A stretch of DNA of 64,000 nucleotides from Vicinamibacteria bacterium (lineage in GTDB: Bacteria > Acidobacteriota > Vicinamibacteria > Marinacidobacterales > Marinacidobacteraceae): positions 1,376,001 to 1,440,000 of the forward strand of contig OZ219816.1 in the NCBI GenBank assembly GCA_964291235.2, in the 5' to 3' direction. The notes beneath the pieces are model-generated. The model was not told the DNA's origin and did not search any database. It saw only the letters and a list, made by a program, of their open reading frames with translations. Positions 7,927 through 18,015 of this stretch are shown here, piece after piece. The position numbers were made by a program, and so were the translations under genes. Within the stretch, counting starts at the first letter, position 1. Every line of letters begins with the position of its first letter.

Positions 7927-10680
7927 GTGACCACCGCTCCGCGGCTCTTTCCGGAGATTCAGCCGGCGACCGCCGAGCCCGCCAACCGCCCGCTCCGTCC
8001 CCGAGCCAAGGGGCGCGCCCTCTCGCCGGCGATGCAGCAATACCTGGAGCTGAAGCGGGAGGCCGGGGACGCCATGCTGTTCTTTCGGATGGGGGACTTC
8101 TACGAGGTCTTCTTCGAAGACGCCAAGCGGGCCGGCGAACTCCTGGATATTGCGGTCACCTCACGGCAAAACGACGCCGACGGGAAGGCGATTCCGATGG
8201 CGGGGGTTCCCTACCATGCTGCCGAGGGTTACATCGCACGCCTCGTCCGCGCCGGCCTTCGGGTCGCGGTATGCGAACAGGTGGAACCTCCCGGTCTCTC
8301 GCGCGGGCCCGTTCGGCGCGAAATCGTCCGGGTCGCGACCCCCTCGACCTATCTGGACCCCGCGTATCTGGCCGGCGCCGAGGCCGCGTACCTCATGGTC
8401 GTCGCCGAAGCGGGAACCCGCAGCCAACCACTCCTCGGCGCGGCGTGGGTGGATCTCTCCACCGGAGACTTCGCGGCCGCCGAATTTGCCTCCGAAAACC
8501 GCCTGCGAGCCTGCGCCGAGGCGATGGCCGGGTTCCGCCCGCGGGAACTGCTCGTCGCCGAGGGGGCGCCGCCGAAGGACCTGCTGCCGGCTCTCGGGGA
8601 GCTGCCGCTGCTTACCCAGCGCCCCGAACTCTGGTTCCAGCCTGAACACGCCCACGACACTCTGCGCCGCCACTTCGGGACGCACTCGCTCGAATCCTAC
8701 GGAGTCGAAGGGATGCCGGCGGCCATCTGCGCCGCCGGGGCCGCGATCAGCTATCTGACCGAAACCCAGCGGGGCCAGCTTCATCACATCGGCAGCCTCA
8801 GGCGCCTCGACACCTCGGGACGCATGCAGATCGACCACCTCACCCAGCGAAACCTGGAACTGTTCCGTTCCCTGGCGGTGGACCTCGGAGCTCCGCCGGG
8901 CGCCACGCTCGTCGAGACCCTTGACCGAACCGCGACCGCGATGGGAGCGCGCCGGTTACGGCGGCGCCTCGCGCACCCGCTGCTCGATACGGATCAGATC
9001 CGGGAGCGCCACCTCGAGGTCGAGGAGCTCGTTCGGAACCGGAACCTCCGCCAGGATGTCCGCGGGGGGCTGGCGGGCTGTCCCGACCTGGAGCGCCTGG
9101 CTTCCCGGGTGGCCCTCCGCATCGCCGGCCCCCGGGAATACCTGAAGCTGGCGGATGGACTGCGCGCCGCTGCCGCGCTCCGCCTTGTACTTCAGGCCGC
9201 CGACACCGAGCAGGTGCGAGAGATCGGGGGCCGCATCCGCGAACTGCCCTCCGTACTCGCGCGCATCGAAGAGACCGTATCTCCGGAAGCGCCGCTCCTG
9301 GCGCGCGAGGGAGGTGTCATCCGGGAGGGATTCTCACCGCAACTCGACGAGCTCCGACAGCTTCGCTTCCACGGCCGCGAGCGCATCCGCAACATGGAGA
9401 CCAGCGAAAAGCACCGCACCGGAATCACGTCGCTCCGCATCCGTCACAACCAGGTCTTCGGGTACATGATCGAGGTGCCGAAGGCCCAGGCGGGCCGCGT
9501 TCCCGAGGACTACGTCCGCCGCCAGACCCTTGTGGGCGCCGAGCGCTACGTCACGGAGGAACTGAAGGAGTTCGAGGAGCGGGTAGCGCGTGCGGACGAC
9601 GAGATCCGGGCGCTCGAGACCGACCTGTTCGCGACCCTCGAGTCAGATGTCGGGGCAGCGGCCCGCGAGGTTCTGGAGACCGCCGGAGCGCTCGCCGAAG
9701 CGGACATCGCCGCGGGTCTCGCGCAAACGGCGATTGCGCATCGCTACGTCAAGCCCGAGATGCACGACGGATTCGAACTGGAGGTGCGCGGCGGAAGGCA
9801 TCCGGTCGTCGAGGCCCTCTCCGGCGACGAGTTCGTACCCAACGACCTGACTCTGGCCGACGACCGTTTCCTGATGATCCTCACCGGTCCCAACATGGGG
9901 GGGAAATCCACCTTCCTGCGACAGACCGCCCTGCATGCGGTGATGGCCCAGATGGGCTCGTTCGTCCCGGCGGAGTTCGCCCGCCTGCCCGTCGTGGACC
10001 GCGTCTTCGCGCGGGTCGGGGCATCCGACGATCTCTCGCGCGGGCGGTCCACCTTCCTCACCGAAATGGAAGAGACCGCCCACATCCTCCACCACGCAAC
10101 CGCCCGGAGCCTGGTACTGCTCGACGAAGTGGGTCGTGGCACCGCGACCTACGACGGCCTCTCGCTGGCCTGGGCCATTGTCGAGTACATCGCCCGCGCC
10201 CCGGGTCTCCGGATGAAAACGCTCTTCGCGACGCACTACCACGAGTTGACCGCGCTGGCGAGCGCCGAGGAAGGGGTGGTCAACTTTCACGTCGAGGCGC
10301 GGGAACATCAGAGCGAGATCGTGTTCTTGCACCGCGTGGCGCCCGGCGGGACGAACCGGAGCTATGGCATTCAGGTGGCCCGCCTCGCCGGGATCCCGCG
10401 CCCCGTGGTCCATCGGGCTCACGAGGTGCTCGCGGGGCTCGCCGGAGGGCTCGACGGCCGGGGCGCCCGCCTCCCGGCTCCGGAACCGGGAGGACCGTAC
10501 TCCCTGCTCGAACCGGCGGAGAGCCAGGTGGCCGAGGTGCTCAGAAGCTGCGACCCGGACAGTCTCAGTCCCCGGGAGGCGCACGATCTCCTCTATCGCC
10601 TGCGGCGCCAACTCGATCCCGCCCAGCCGGGCGCCGGCGGGCGGTCCGGCGCCGATCCGACCGAGGAAGGGTCATCCTGA
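7927..10680 (+). CDS. mutS: DNA mismatch repair protein MutS
   Basis: PAMQQY, FRMGDFYEVFFEDA, Walker A TGPNMGGKST, STFLTEM, LDEVGRGT, FATHYHEL, SYGIQVARLAG. Start set at GTG 7927; the longer ORF overlaps tsaB. Confidence 0.98.
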   Translation: MTTAPRLFPEIQPATAEPANRPLRPRAKGRALSPAMQQYLELKREAGDAMLFFRMGDFYEVFFEDAKRAGELLDIAVTSRQNDADGKAIPMAGVPYHAAEGYIARLVRAGLRVAVCEQVEPPGLSRGPVRREIVRVATPSTYLDPAYLAGAEAAYLMVVAEAGTRSQPLLGAAWVDLSTGDFAAAEFASENRLRACAEAMAGFRPRELLVAEGAPPKDLLPALGELPLLTQRPELWFQPEHAHDTLRRHFGTHSLESYGVEGMPAAICAAGAAISYLTETQRGQLHHIGSLRRLDTSGRMQIDHLTQRNLELFRSLAVDLGAPPGATLVETLDRTATAMGARRLRRRLAHPLLDTDQIRERHLEVEELVRNRNLRQDVRGGLAGCPDLERLASRVALRIAGPREYLKLADGLRAAAALRLVLQAADTEQVREIGGRIRELPSVLARIEETVSPEAPLLAREGGVIREGFSPQLDELRQLRFHGRERIRNMETSEKHRTGITSLRIRHNQVFGYMIEVPKAQAGRVPEDYVRRQTLVGAERYVTEELKEFEERVARADDEIRALETDLFATLESDVGAAAREVLETAGALAEADIAAGLAQTAIAHRYVKPEMHDGFELEVRGGRHPVVEALSGDEFVPNDLTLADDRFLMILTGPNMGGKSTFLRQTALHAVMAQMGSFVPAEFARLPVVDRVFARVGASDDLSRGRSTFLTEMEETAHILHHATARSLVLLDEVGRGTATYDGLSLAWAIVEYIARAPGLRMKTLFATHYHELTALASAEEGVVNFHVEAREHQSEIVFLHRVAPGGTNRSYGIQVARLAGIPRPVVHRAHEVLAGLAGGLDGRGARLPAPEPGGPYSLLEPAESQVAEVLRSCDPDSLSPREAHDLLYRLRRQLDPAQPGAGGRSGADPTEEGSS

Positions 10681-10757
10681 TTCCCGCCATGCCACCGGCC
10701 TCATCGCGGGTGCCCCGGACCCGGAGCCGCAGCCGTACACTCCCGGATCCCCTGCAG

Positions 10758-11729
10758 ATGAGCTGGCGCTGTCGGATGACTCCCATCGTCCTGGCGGCGG
10801 GAGCGGTCCTCGGGTCCGGGTGCGGGGACACGCGTCCGCGGCCCATGGCGCTCGCCACCGGGACCACGGCGGGCGTTTATTACCCGCTTGGCGGTGCGCT
10901 GGCGAGCCGTTGGACGCGCGATCTGCCGGGGGTGGTGGTAAAAGCGGAGGTCAGCGCCGGCTCGGTGACCAATCTCATCCAGGTGGCCAAGGGCGAGAGC
11001 GACATCGGCTTCGGGCAGGCCGACGCGGTCGCCGACGCCTTCCGGGGGACCGGCCGCTTCCCAACCCCCTTGCCCCTCGCCGTCCTGGGCCGCGTCTATC
11101 CCAACATCGTGCACCTGTTGAGCGTCGAGGGCCGCGGCGTGCGCTCGGTGAGCGACCTGCGCGGCAAGCGCGTGTCCCTCGGCCCCCCCGGGTCCGGAAA
11201 CGAAGTGACCGCCCGAAACGTGCTGCGCGCGGTCGGGATCGCCGAAGAGGAGTTCCGCGTCCGCCAGATGAACTACAACCAGAGCATCAACGGACTCAAG
11301 GACGGCACCGTAGATGCGGTGTTCCTGGCGGCCGGACTGGGTGTGTCGTCGGTGATCGAGTTGGGCCTGACGCGCGAGTTGATCCTCGTGCCGTTCACAG
11401 CGGACGAAATTGCGGCGGTGGAGGCGGCGAACGCCGCGTATCAGGGGATCGAGGTCCCGCCCGGGGTCTATCGCGGGGTGGACGCCCCCGTTATCACTCC
11501 GTCGCTGTGGAACATGCTCTTCGTCCATCGCGACCTGCCCGCGGATATCGCGAGGCGCCTCGCCGCCTCACTCCTCGCCGGGCGCGAGGAATTCCGTTCG
11601 GTCACCCGAAACGCCGATTTCATCCAGGTTGACAGCCTCGGGGAGGTCGGAGATCTGCCGCTCCATCCCGGGGCGCGAGCGTTCTACGAGGAAGAGCGGT
11701 CGGTTCAGACCCCCGGGGGGCTCCCCTGA
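10758..11729 (+). CDS. TAXI-family TRAP transporter solute-binding subunit (probable lipoprotein)
   Basis: ATGTTAGVYYPLG, SAGSVTN, DLRGKRVSLGPPGSG, PLHPGARAFY; GSGC lipobox-like motif. Start could be 10689, 10758 or 10776. Confidence 0.93.
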   Translation: MSWRCRMTPIVLAAGAVLGSGCGDTRPRPMALATGTTAGVYYPLGGALASRWTRDLPGVVVKAEVSAGSVTNLIQVAKGESDIGFGQADAVADAFRGTGRFPTPLPLAVLGRVYPNIVHLLSVEGRGVRSVSDLRGKRVSLGPPGSGNEVTARNVLRAVGIAEEEFRVRQMNYNQSINGLKDGTVDAVFLAAGLGVSSVIELGLTRELILVPFTADEIAAVEAANAAYQGIEVPPGVYRGVDAPVITPSLWNMLFVHRDLPADIARRLAASLLAGREEFRSVTRNADFIQVDSLGEVGDLPLHPGARAFYEEERSVQTPGGLP

Positions 11730-11755
11730 ACGCCCCTGCCGATCCCGCCGGGTCC

Positions 11756-13603
11756 GTGTCGATCCCGGAGGAGCCACGGACGGCGCTGTCGCTGCCGGTG
11801 CTGCTGGCCGGCGCTTCACTTTCGCTCTTCCAGCTCTGGCAGGCCGTCTTCGGCACCCTCGGAGCGACCTGGTTACGCCCGATCCATCTCACCTGGATTC
11901 TGGCTCTCGGATTCCTCGCCGTCACCGGCCGTTCGCGCCGGACGCGTACCGCCGACCTCGTCCTGGTGGTGCTTTCCATCGCCGCCGGCTTCTGGGTAAT
12001 CCGCTTCGACCGTCAGGGCATCGACCACATTCTCAATGGCCTCGATCCGGTCGATCTGGCGGCGGGAGTGACTCTGATCGCGCTGCTTCTCGAGGCCACG
12101 CGCCGGCGGGTCGGCGCCGTGATGACTTCGGTGGTTGTCGTTTTCCTGGCCTACAACGCATTCGGAGCATCTCTCCCCGGCATCCTGGCGCACCGCGGTT
12201 TCGAACTGGAGCGGATCGTTCGCTTCGAGGTCTTTACCGGGGCCGGACTCTTCGGGCTGCCCATCGGCGTGGCCAGCAGCACGGTCTTCGTCTTTGTGCT
12301 CTTCGGAGCGCTGCTGGAGTGCACCGGCGGAGGCCGTTTCTTCATCAATCTCGCCTTCGCCGCCGCCGGCCGCTCCCGCGGCGGGCCCGCCAAGGCCGCG
12401 GTCGTTGCCTCCGCGGCGCTTGGCTCGGTCTCCGGCTCGGCGATCGCCAACACCGTGACGACCGGGGCGCTGACGATCCCGATGATGAAGCGTCTTGGCT
12501 TTTCGCGTGAGGAAGCAGGCGGCATCGAGGCGGCGGCGTCCACCGGGGGGCAATTGATGCCGCCGATCATGGGGGCGGGCGCCTTCCTGATGGCGGAGCT
12601 CACGAACACCCCCTATCCGCGAATCGTGCTCGTATCCCTGCTCCCGGCGGTTCTGTTCTTCGCCGGAACGCTCTTTTTCGTCCACGGCCTCGCCGTCCGG
12701 CGCGGCATCGAGGCGATGCCCTCGCGCCCCCGAATCCTCGCGACCCTCGCCGAGGGAGCCCACTTCCTCGCCGCTGTCGCCGTGGTGGTGGCGCTGCTCC
12801 TCATGAACTATTCGCCGCCGCTGGTGGGAGCCGCCGGCTGTTTGGCGGTCGTCCTCGCCGGCGCCCTGCGGCGGCGCACGCGGGTAGGACCGAAGCAATT
12901 GTTCGAGGGACTCGCGCGGGGCGCCGTGACCGCGGTGCCGGTGTCGCTCGCCTGCGCCGCGGCCGGCATCGTCGTGGGAGTCATCGGCCAGACCGGTGTC
13001 GGGCTGCAGTTCGCGGAGTTGCTGCTCGGCGCCTCCCAGGGAGCGCTTCTCCCGGCTCTCGGCCTGTCCGCGCTGGTCGCGCTGGTCCTCGGCATGGGTC
13101 TCCCGGTGACCGCCGCCTACATCGTCGTCGCGGTGGTGGCGGCGCCCGCCCTCACCGGATTGGGAGTACCCCTGCTCACGGCGCATCTCATTCTCTTCTG
13201 GCTGTCTCAGACCTCCAATGTCACGCCGCCGATCGCGCTCGCCGCCTTTGCCGGCGCCGGAGTCGCTGGCGGCCGCCCGATGTCCACGGCCTTTCAGGCG
13301 GTGCGGCTCGCAGCCGGTCTCTTCCTGGTGCCGCTGCTCATGGCGTACACCCCACTCCTCCCGGCCGCCGGGGATCCGCTTGGGGCGGCACAGGGGCTCG
13401 CCTTCCTCGGCGGCCTCGCCGCCATGGCCGCCGCCGCGCTGGCGCTCTACGGATACGGCCTTCGCGCCGTGTCGCGGCCGGAGCGTCTGATTCTCGGCGC
13501 CGGCGCCTTACTCCTTCTGTTCCCGGATCCCCTGCTGCGCGTGATCGGAGCGGCGCTCGCCGGACTCGGTTTCATTCCACAGGTGCGCGGCCGGAACCGC
13601 TAA
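11756..13603 (+). CDS. TRAP transporter fused permease (4TM/12TM)
   Basis: GGPAKAAVVAS, SGSAIANTVTTG, ASTGGQLMPPIMGAGAF, LGMGLPVTAAY, NVTPPIALAAF. Confidence 0.95.
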   Translation: MSIPEEPRTALSLPVLLAGASLSLFQLWQAVFGTLGATWLRPIHLTWILALGFLAVTGRSRRTRTADLVLVVLSIAAGFWVIRFDRQGIDHILNGLDPVDLAAGVTLIALLLEATRRRVGAVMTSVVVVFLAYNAFGASLPGILAHRGFELERIVRFEVFTGAGLFGLPIGVASSTVFVFVLFGALLECTGGGRFFINLAFAAAGRSRGGPAKAAVVASAALGSVSGSAIANTVTTGALTIPMMKRLGFSREEAGGIEAAASTGGQLMPPIMGAGAFLMAELTNTPYPRIVLVSLLPAVLFFAGTLFFVHGLAVRRGIEAMPSRPRILATLAEGAHFLAAVAVVVALLLMNYSPPLVGAAGCLAVVLAGALRRRTRVGPKQLFEGLARGAVTAVPVSLACAAAGIVVGVIGQTGVGLQFAELLLGASQGALLPALGLSALVALVLGMGLPVTAAYIVVAVVAAPALTGLGVPLLTAHLILFWLSQTSNVTPPIALAAFAGAGVAGGRPMSTAFQAVRLAAGLFLVPLLMAYTPLLPAAGDPLGAAQGLAFLGGLAAMAAAALALYGYGLRAVSRPERLILGAGALLLLFPDPLLRVIGAALAGLGFIPQVRGRNR

Positions 13604-13640
13604 CCCGGCTGTTGCCCCCGGAGGAGCCGGCGCACGCCAG

Positions 13641-14174
13641 CTAGAGCCGCCGCACCCGCCAGAGGTACTGAAGCGACGTGACGACGGTGAGGGTCACCAT
13701 CGTCGCGAGCAACAGGGGCGTGACCACGCTATCCATCTCGAGCAGGTTCGCGACCAGAAACCACAGGATCCCTACGACATTCACCACGGTTGCGGCCTTC
13801 CCCAGCCGGCTGGGGGCGAAGTTCCGCCGTTCCACCGCCAGGTTGTAGGCCCCCGCGACGAACACAATCGTGGCGTCCCGAGACAGGACCAGGATGGCCA
13901 CCCAAGCCGGGATGCGCACCGAAACCGCCTCGATGGGAGCGGCGAGCGTGACCACCGCCGAAACAATCAGAACCTTGTCGGCGAGCGGGTCCAGAAGCGC
14001 CCCGAGGTCGCTGTTCTCCCCGAGCCGTCGAGCAAGCGCCCCGTCCATCATGTCGGTGAGTCCGGCCAGGACTAGAGCACCGAGAGCCCACCCGAAGCGT
14101 CCGTAGAGGATGCAGACGACCACCACCGGCGCCAGCAGCAGCCGAAGTACGGTGAGTTGATTGGCGAGCGTCAT
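13641..14174 (-). CDS. CDP-alcohol phosphatidyltransferase (PgsA/cardiolipin-synthase-like)
   Basis: MTLANQLTVLR; TDMMDGALARR...LGALLDPLADK; GKAAT. Confidence 0.9.
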   Translation of the reverse strand: MTLANQLTVLRLLLAPVVVVCILYGRFGWALGALVLAGLTDMMDGALARRLGENSDLGALLDPLADKVLIVSAVVTLAAPIEAVSVRIPAWVAILVLSRDATIVFVAGAYNLAVERRNFAPSRLGKAATVVNVVGILWFLVANLLEMDSVVTPLLLATMVTLTVVTSLQYLWRVRRL

Positions 14175-14202
14175 CTGCTGGGCGCCGGGAGGGCCATCCG
14201 GG

Positions 14203-15636
14203 CTAGGGAAATATCCCGAGTTCCTCGTAGGAGAGACGGATCTTTTCGAGGGCCACGACGTAGGCGGCCGTCCTGAGCGATCTGCACTCCGGGAAGCGGG
14301 CCCGGGCGTCCCGAATCTCATCGTAGGCGCGCGTCATCTTTTCTTCCAGCCCGCTCACCACAAGTTCCTTCTCGTCGGACTGGGTCACCAGGTTCTGTCG
14401 CATCTCCATGCTGAGGCGCCGGCCCGAGAGCGTTTCCGCCGCATTCAGCAGAGCGTTGGTGTTGGCGATTTCGAGCCGCTTCTCGAGCAGGCCGAAACGC
14501 ATGTGGGAGAGGTTGCGCGCCCACTCGAAGTAGGACACCACGACACCGCCGGCGTTCAGATAGACGTCCGGGATCACGGGGATGCCGCGTTCGAGGAGAA
14601 CTCGATCTCCCTCCGGAGTGGTCGGTCCGTTCGCCGCTTCGGCAACGAGTTTCGCCCGCACCAGCGGCGCGGTGTCGGCATGGATGACGTTCTCCACCGC
14701 CGCCGGAATGAGCACGTCACATTCGACGTTCAGGATCGCCTCCGGCGGGAGCTCTTCCCCGGCATCGGGAAACCCCTTGATGGTGCCGTGTTCACGCCGC
14801 CACTCGAACAGGTCGGTCGCGGAAATCCCCTTCCCCGCGCGCGCCACGATGGTCACGTCCCACTCGCCGATGGCGACCACCTTCGCGCCTCGACGGATCA
14901 GGATGTCGGCGGTGTGGAAGCCTACGTTTCCGAAACCCTGGATGGCGATCCGCTTGCCGGGAAGGCCGCGCGTCAACCCCGTCCCCGGAAAATCCTCGAC
15001 AAAGTCAAGTCCCCGCGCGAGGCCCAGCACGACGCCGCGCCCGGTTGCGTCCTCCCGGCCGCGGATGCCGCCCTGGGTCACGGGTTTGCCGGTCACGGAA
15101 GCGAAATTGTCGATTCCGCCCGGATGCATCGCGTCGTAGGTGTCCGCGATCCAGGCCATCTCTCGCGCGCCGGTCCCCAGATCGGGCGCCGGCACGTTCA
15201 CCCCGGGGCCGATGAAGTTCTTCCGGATCAACTCCGCGGTGTAGCGCCGGGTAATGCGTTCCACCTGCTCCGCGCTGTAGCGGCGTGGGTCGAAGGCGAT
15301 CCCGCCCTTCGAACCGCCGAACGGCACGTTGACAATCGCGCACTTGTACGTCATCAGCGCCGAGAGCGCGCTGATCTCCTGCTGGCTGACCAGCGGGCTG
15401 TAGCGCAGCCCCCCCTTCAGCGGGTGCCGGTGGTGACTGTGCTCGGCCCGCCACCCCGAAAAGACCTCCACCCGGTTTCCGAACTTGACCGGAAAGCGGG
15501 TGTAGTAGATCGAATCCGTGACGCAGATCTGCTGAAGGAGGCCTTCCGGCAACTGAAGAGCGCGTGCCGCTTCGTGGACCAGTCCCTGAACGCTCTGTTC
15601 CAGGTTCAGATCCCGGACGGAAACGTTTGCCGTCAT
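14203..15636 (-). CDS. gdhA: Glu/Leu/Phe/Val dehydrogenase (glutamate dehydrogenase)
   Basis: KGGLRY, MTYKCA, PFGGSKGG, VPAPDLGT, VTGKP, QGFGNVG, EAANGP, NAGGVVVSYFEW. Confidence 0.95.
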   Translation of the reverse strand: MTANVSVRDLNLEQSVQGLVHEAARALQLPEGLLQQICVTDSIYYTRFPVKFGNRVEVFSGWRAEHSHHRHPLKGGLRYSPLVSQQEISALSALMTYKCAIVNVPFGGSKGGIAFDPRRYSAEQVERITRRYTAELIRKNFIGPGVNVPAPDLGTGAREMAWIADTYDAMHPGGIDNFASVTGKPVTQGGIRGREDATGRGVVLGLARGLDFVEDFPGTGLTRGLPGKRIAIQGFGNVGFHTADILIRRGAKVVAIGEWDVTIVARAGKGISATDLFEWRREHGTIKGFPDAGEELPPEAILNVECDVLIPAAVENVIHADTAPLVRAKLVAEAANGPTTPEGDRVLLERGIPVIPDVYLNAGGVVVSYFEWARNLSHMRFGLLEKRLEIANTNALLNAAETLSGRRLSMEMRQNLVTQSDEKELVVSGLEEKMTRAYDEIRDARARFPECRSLRTAAYVVALEKIRLSYEELGIFP

Positions 15637-15720
15637 CAACCGGGATCGTAGAGCAGTTGGCCGGAAAACCCGGCCCCCTTGGCAGCGGGTGGCATAACCC
15701 ACGCGGCGCTCACGGGGGTT

Positions 15721-16656
15721 TCACCACAGACTGCTGACCGGGAGCCGCAGGAATTGTTCGAGCGCCGCCTCGCAGCGATCCGGCCTCCGGATGCAGGGAC
15801 GCCCATGCGTAGCGCCCTCCACGACGACCATCCGGCTGGCCGGGTCACCGTTCGCCTGAAATACCGCGGTTTGCACCTCGAGGGGCGCGCGCCGGTCCGC
15901 ATCTCCGGCGATCACCAGGATCGGGACGGATGCTTGGCCGAGACGTACGGAGAGTTGCTCCACATCCATTTCCCGAGGGTCGAAATCCGCGGCGAGACCA
16001 AGTCCGAGGAGGGTCAGGTCTCCGGCGGGGAACGGTGGGAGGCCGAGCAGGAGATCCGCGTAGCGGTCCACCACCTCGGGAACGTTCCTGAAGGTGCTGT
16101 CGAGCACCACCCCCGAGATGTCGTTCGCAAGCGCCGCTCCCGCTCGGGCCGACGCCGCCCCTCCCATCGAGACCCCGAGCAGATACAAGCGATTGTCCGG
16201 GTATTCGCGCCGGAGGAATCGGGCTCCCGCCACGACGTCCAGGGACTCGAAGAAGCCGAGGGTTGTCCGATCGCCGCCACTCTCGCCGTGGTGTCTGAGA
16301 TCCAGTGTCAGTGCGTGACACCCGCGACGCGCCAGGAAGGCGGCGCGCTTCAGGACTTCGCGGCGAGACCGGAAGAGGCCGTGCGCCAGCACCACCGAAC
16401 ACCCGGCCGCATCCGCTGCCGGGATCAGCCATGCCGAAAGCCGGACCCGGTCCTCGCTCTCGAGAAGGACGGTTCGGTAGGAAGCCCCGTAGTCGGCGGG
16501 GTTCGCGCGATCGGCTCGGTCCTGGGGCCGGGTCCCGGCGAAACTCGCTAGAAGCACCCCGACGGCCGTGGGCACGGAGAGTGCGACGAGCAGCATCGCT
16601 CCCGCGAGCCAGATCAGCACCCGGAACCAGCGGCGCCTCCGGGCGGTAGCGGTCAT
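15721..16656 (-). CDS. Membrane-anchored alpha/beta hydrolase
   Basis: N-terminal TM, LAHG, DLRHHGES, nucleophile GVSMGG, AGDAD, GATHG. Confidence 0.9.
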   Translation of the reverse strand: MTATARRRRWFRVLIWLAGAMLLVALSVPTAVGVLLASFAGTRPQDRADRANPADYGASYRTVLLESEDRVRLSAWLIPAADAAGCSVVLAHGLFRSRREVLKRAAFLARRGCHALTLDLRHHGESGGDRTTLGFFESLDVVAGARFLRREYPDNRLYLLGVSMGGAASARAGAALANDISGVVLDSTFRNVPEVVDRYADLLLGLPPFPAGDLTLLGLGLAADFDPREMDVEQLSVRLGQASVPILVIAGDADRRAPLEVQTAVFQANGDPASRMVVVEGATHGRPCIRRPDRCEAALEQFLRLPVSSLW

Positions 16657-17855
16657 CCGGGGATGGACCCGGCGCCGCTCACCGGCTCCGGTTCGGGAAT
16701 CCGCAACACCAGCACCGCCGCGAGTCCGCCGAGCGCAGCCATCAACCAGCAGACCGTGGCGAAGCCATACGAATAGAGGAATCCTCCGACAGCGACCGCC
16801 GTGGCGATTCCCAGTTGCGAGAACACGTTACAAAACCCGAGGAATCCCGCGCGCCGCGTGTGCGGGACGAGTTCGCTGCGGAGCGCGGTGAAGGCGGCTA
16901 TGCGGGCGACCGCGAGGCATCCGAAGAGGAGAAGCGCCACGACCAGCGACGTCGGAGAAAGCAGGGGCAGCGCCGGCGTCAGGGCCGCGACCAAGACAGA
17001 GACCACCAACGTGAAACGGCGCTTGCCGACCCGATCCGAAAGCGGCCCGGCCAGAACCTGCGCCGCCATGATGGCAACGCCGAGTCCGCCGTAGAGCAAC
17101 CCCACCTGCTCCAGCGAGAAGCCCCGCACTTGCTGTAGCCACCCGGAGGCGTAGGCGGCGACCCCGACCAGACTCCCGGACATGCAAAACGCCGCAAACG
17201 CCGCCGTCCGGTGGACCCGGCTCCGAAAGTACTCGAGGTGACCGGCAAGACTCTGCCCGAGGGATTCCACGGCGCGCGCGCTCGCTCTCGGTTCCGGGAG
17301 CGCCGCCAGCATCAGCAGGGCCGCGACCGCGAAGACGCCGATGGCTGCGTAAACGACCGGGTGGCCGAAGCGCCCGGCGGCGAAGGCGGCCCCGACCTGC
17401 CCCAGTACCGCCGCTCCCATCGCGCCACCCATCAGAAACGCCATGACCCTTCCCCGGCGCCGGTACGGCACCACGTCGGCGATCCAGGCTACCGCCAGAG
17501 CCGCGATCGTCCCACCGGCAAAACCCGCGGCGATCCGCGCCAGGACGAACCAGCCGTAGTCTGGCGTCACCGAGATCGCTCCCGCGGATCCCAGCATCAG
17601 GGCCGCGGCGAGCAACAGGAAAGGCCGGCGCCCGCGCGAATCCGACAGCGGGCCCACGACCAGGGCGGCCAGCGACGCCGCAAAGGAATACGCCGAGATG
17701 GCTAGTCCCACGTCGGCAACCCCGACGCCGAGCCCGGTGGCGAGGGCGGCGATCAGCGGCGTGATCACCTGCTGATCGAGGAGCCCCAGGGCGATGACCG
17801 TACCCAGCACCGCACCGGGCCAGACGAACGACGGAGTCTCCGGACGAGGGGTCAA
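16653..17855 (-). CDS. MFS transporter
   Basis: Motif A twice (GPLSDSRGRR, GPLSDRVGKR) and about 12 TM segments. Only the last ~400 aa of the 961-aa ORF look real. Start set at TTG 17855 (alternative ATG 17891). Confidence 0.9.
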   Translation of the reverse strand: MTPRPETPSFVWPGAVLGTVIALGLLDQQVITPLIAALATGLGVGVADVGLAISAYSFAASLAALVVGPLSDSRGRRPFLLLAAALMLGSAGAISVTPDYGWFVLARIAAGFAGGTIAALAVAWIADVVPYRRRGRVMAFLMGGAMGAAVLGQVGAAFAAGRFGHPVVYAAIGVFAVAALLMLAALPEPRASARAVESLGQSLAGHLEYFRSRVHRTAAFAAFCMSGSLVGVAAYASGWLQQVRGFSLEQVGLLYGGLGVAIMAAQVLAGPLSDRVGKRRFTLVVSVLVAALTPALPLLSPTSLVVALLLFGCLAVARIAAFTALRSELVPHTRRAGFLGFCNVFSQLGIATAVAVGGFLYSYGFATVCWLMAALGGLAAVLVLRIPEPEPVSGAGSIPG

Positions 17856-18015
17856 CCGGCAAAGGCTACCTTCCGCAAACCGCCGGCGCATCGCGGCGTG
17901 AATCCGCCGTCTTGCCCTCCCCAAAACCGCCAGCCACCCCCCAACCGGAGCAACTCCCGGCGGGCCAGTTTTCCAACCGACTCCCAAAGCCTCTATATTC
18001 TCGCGCCCCACCCCG

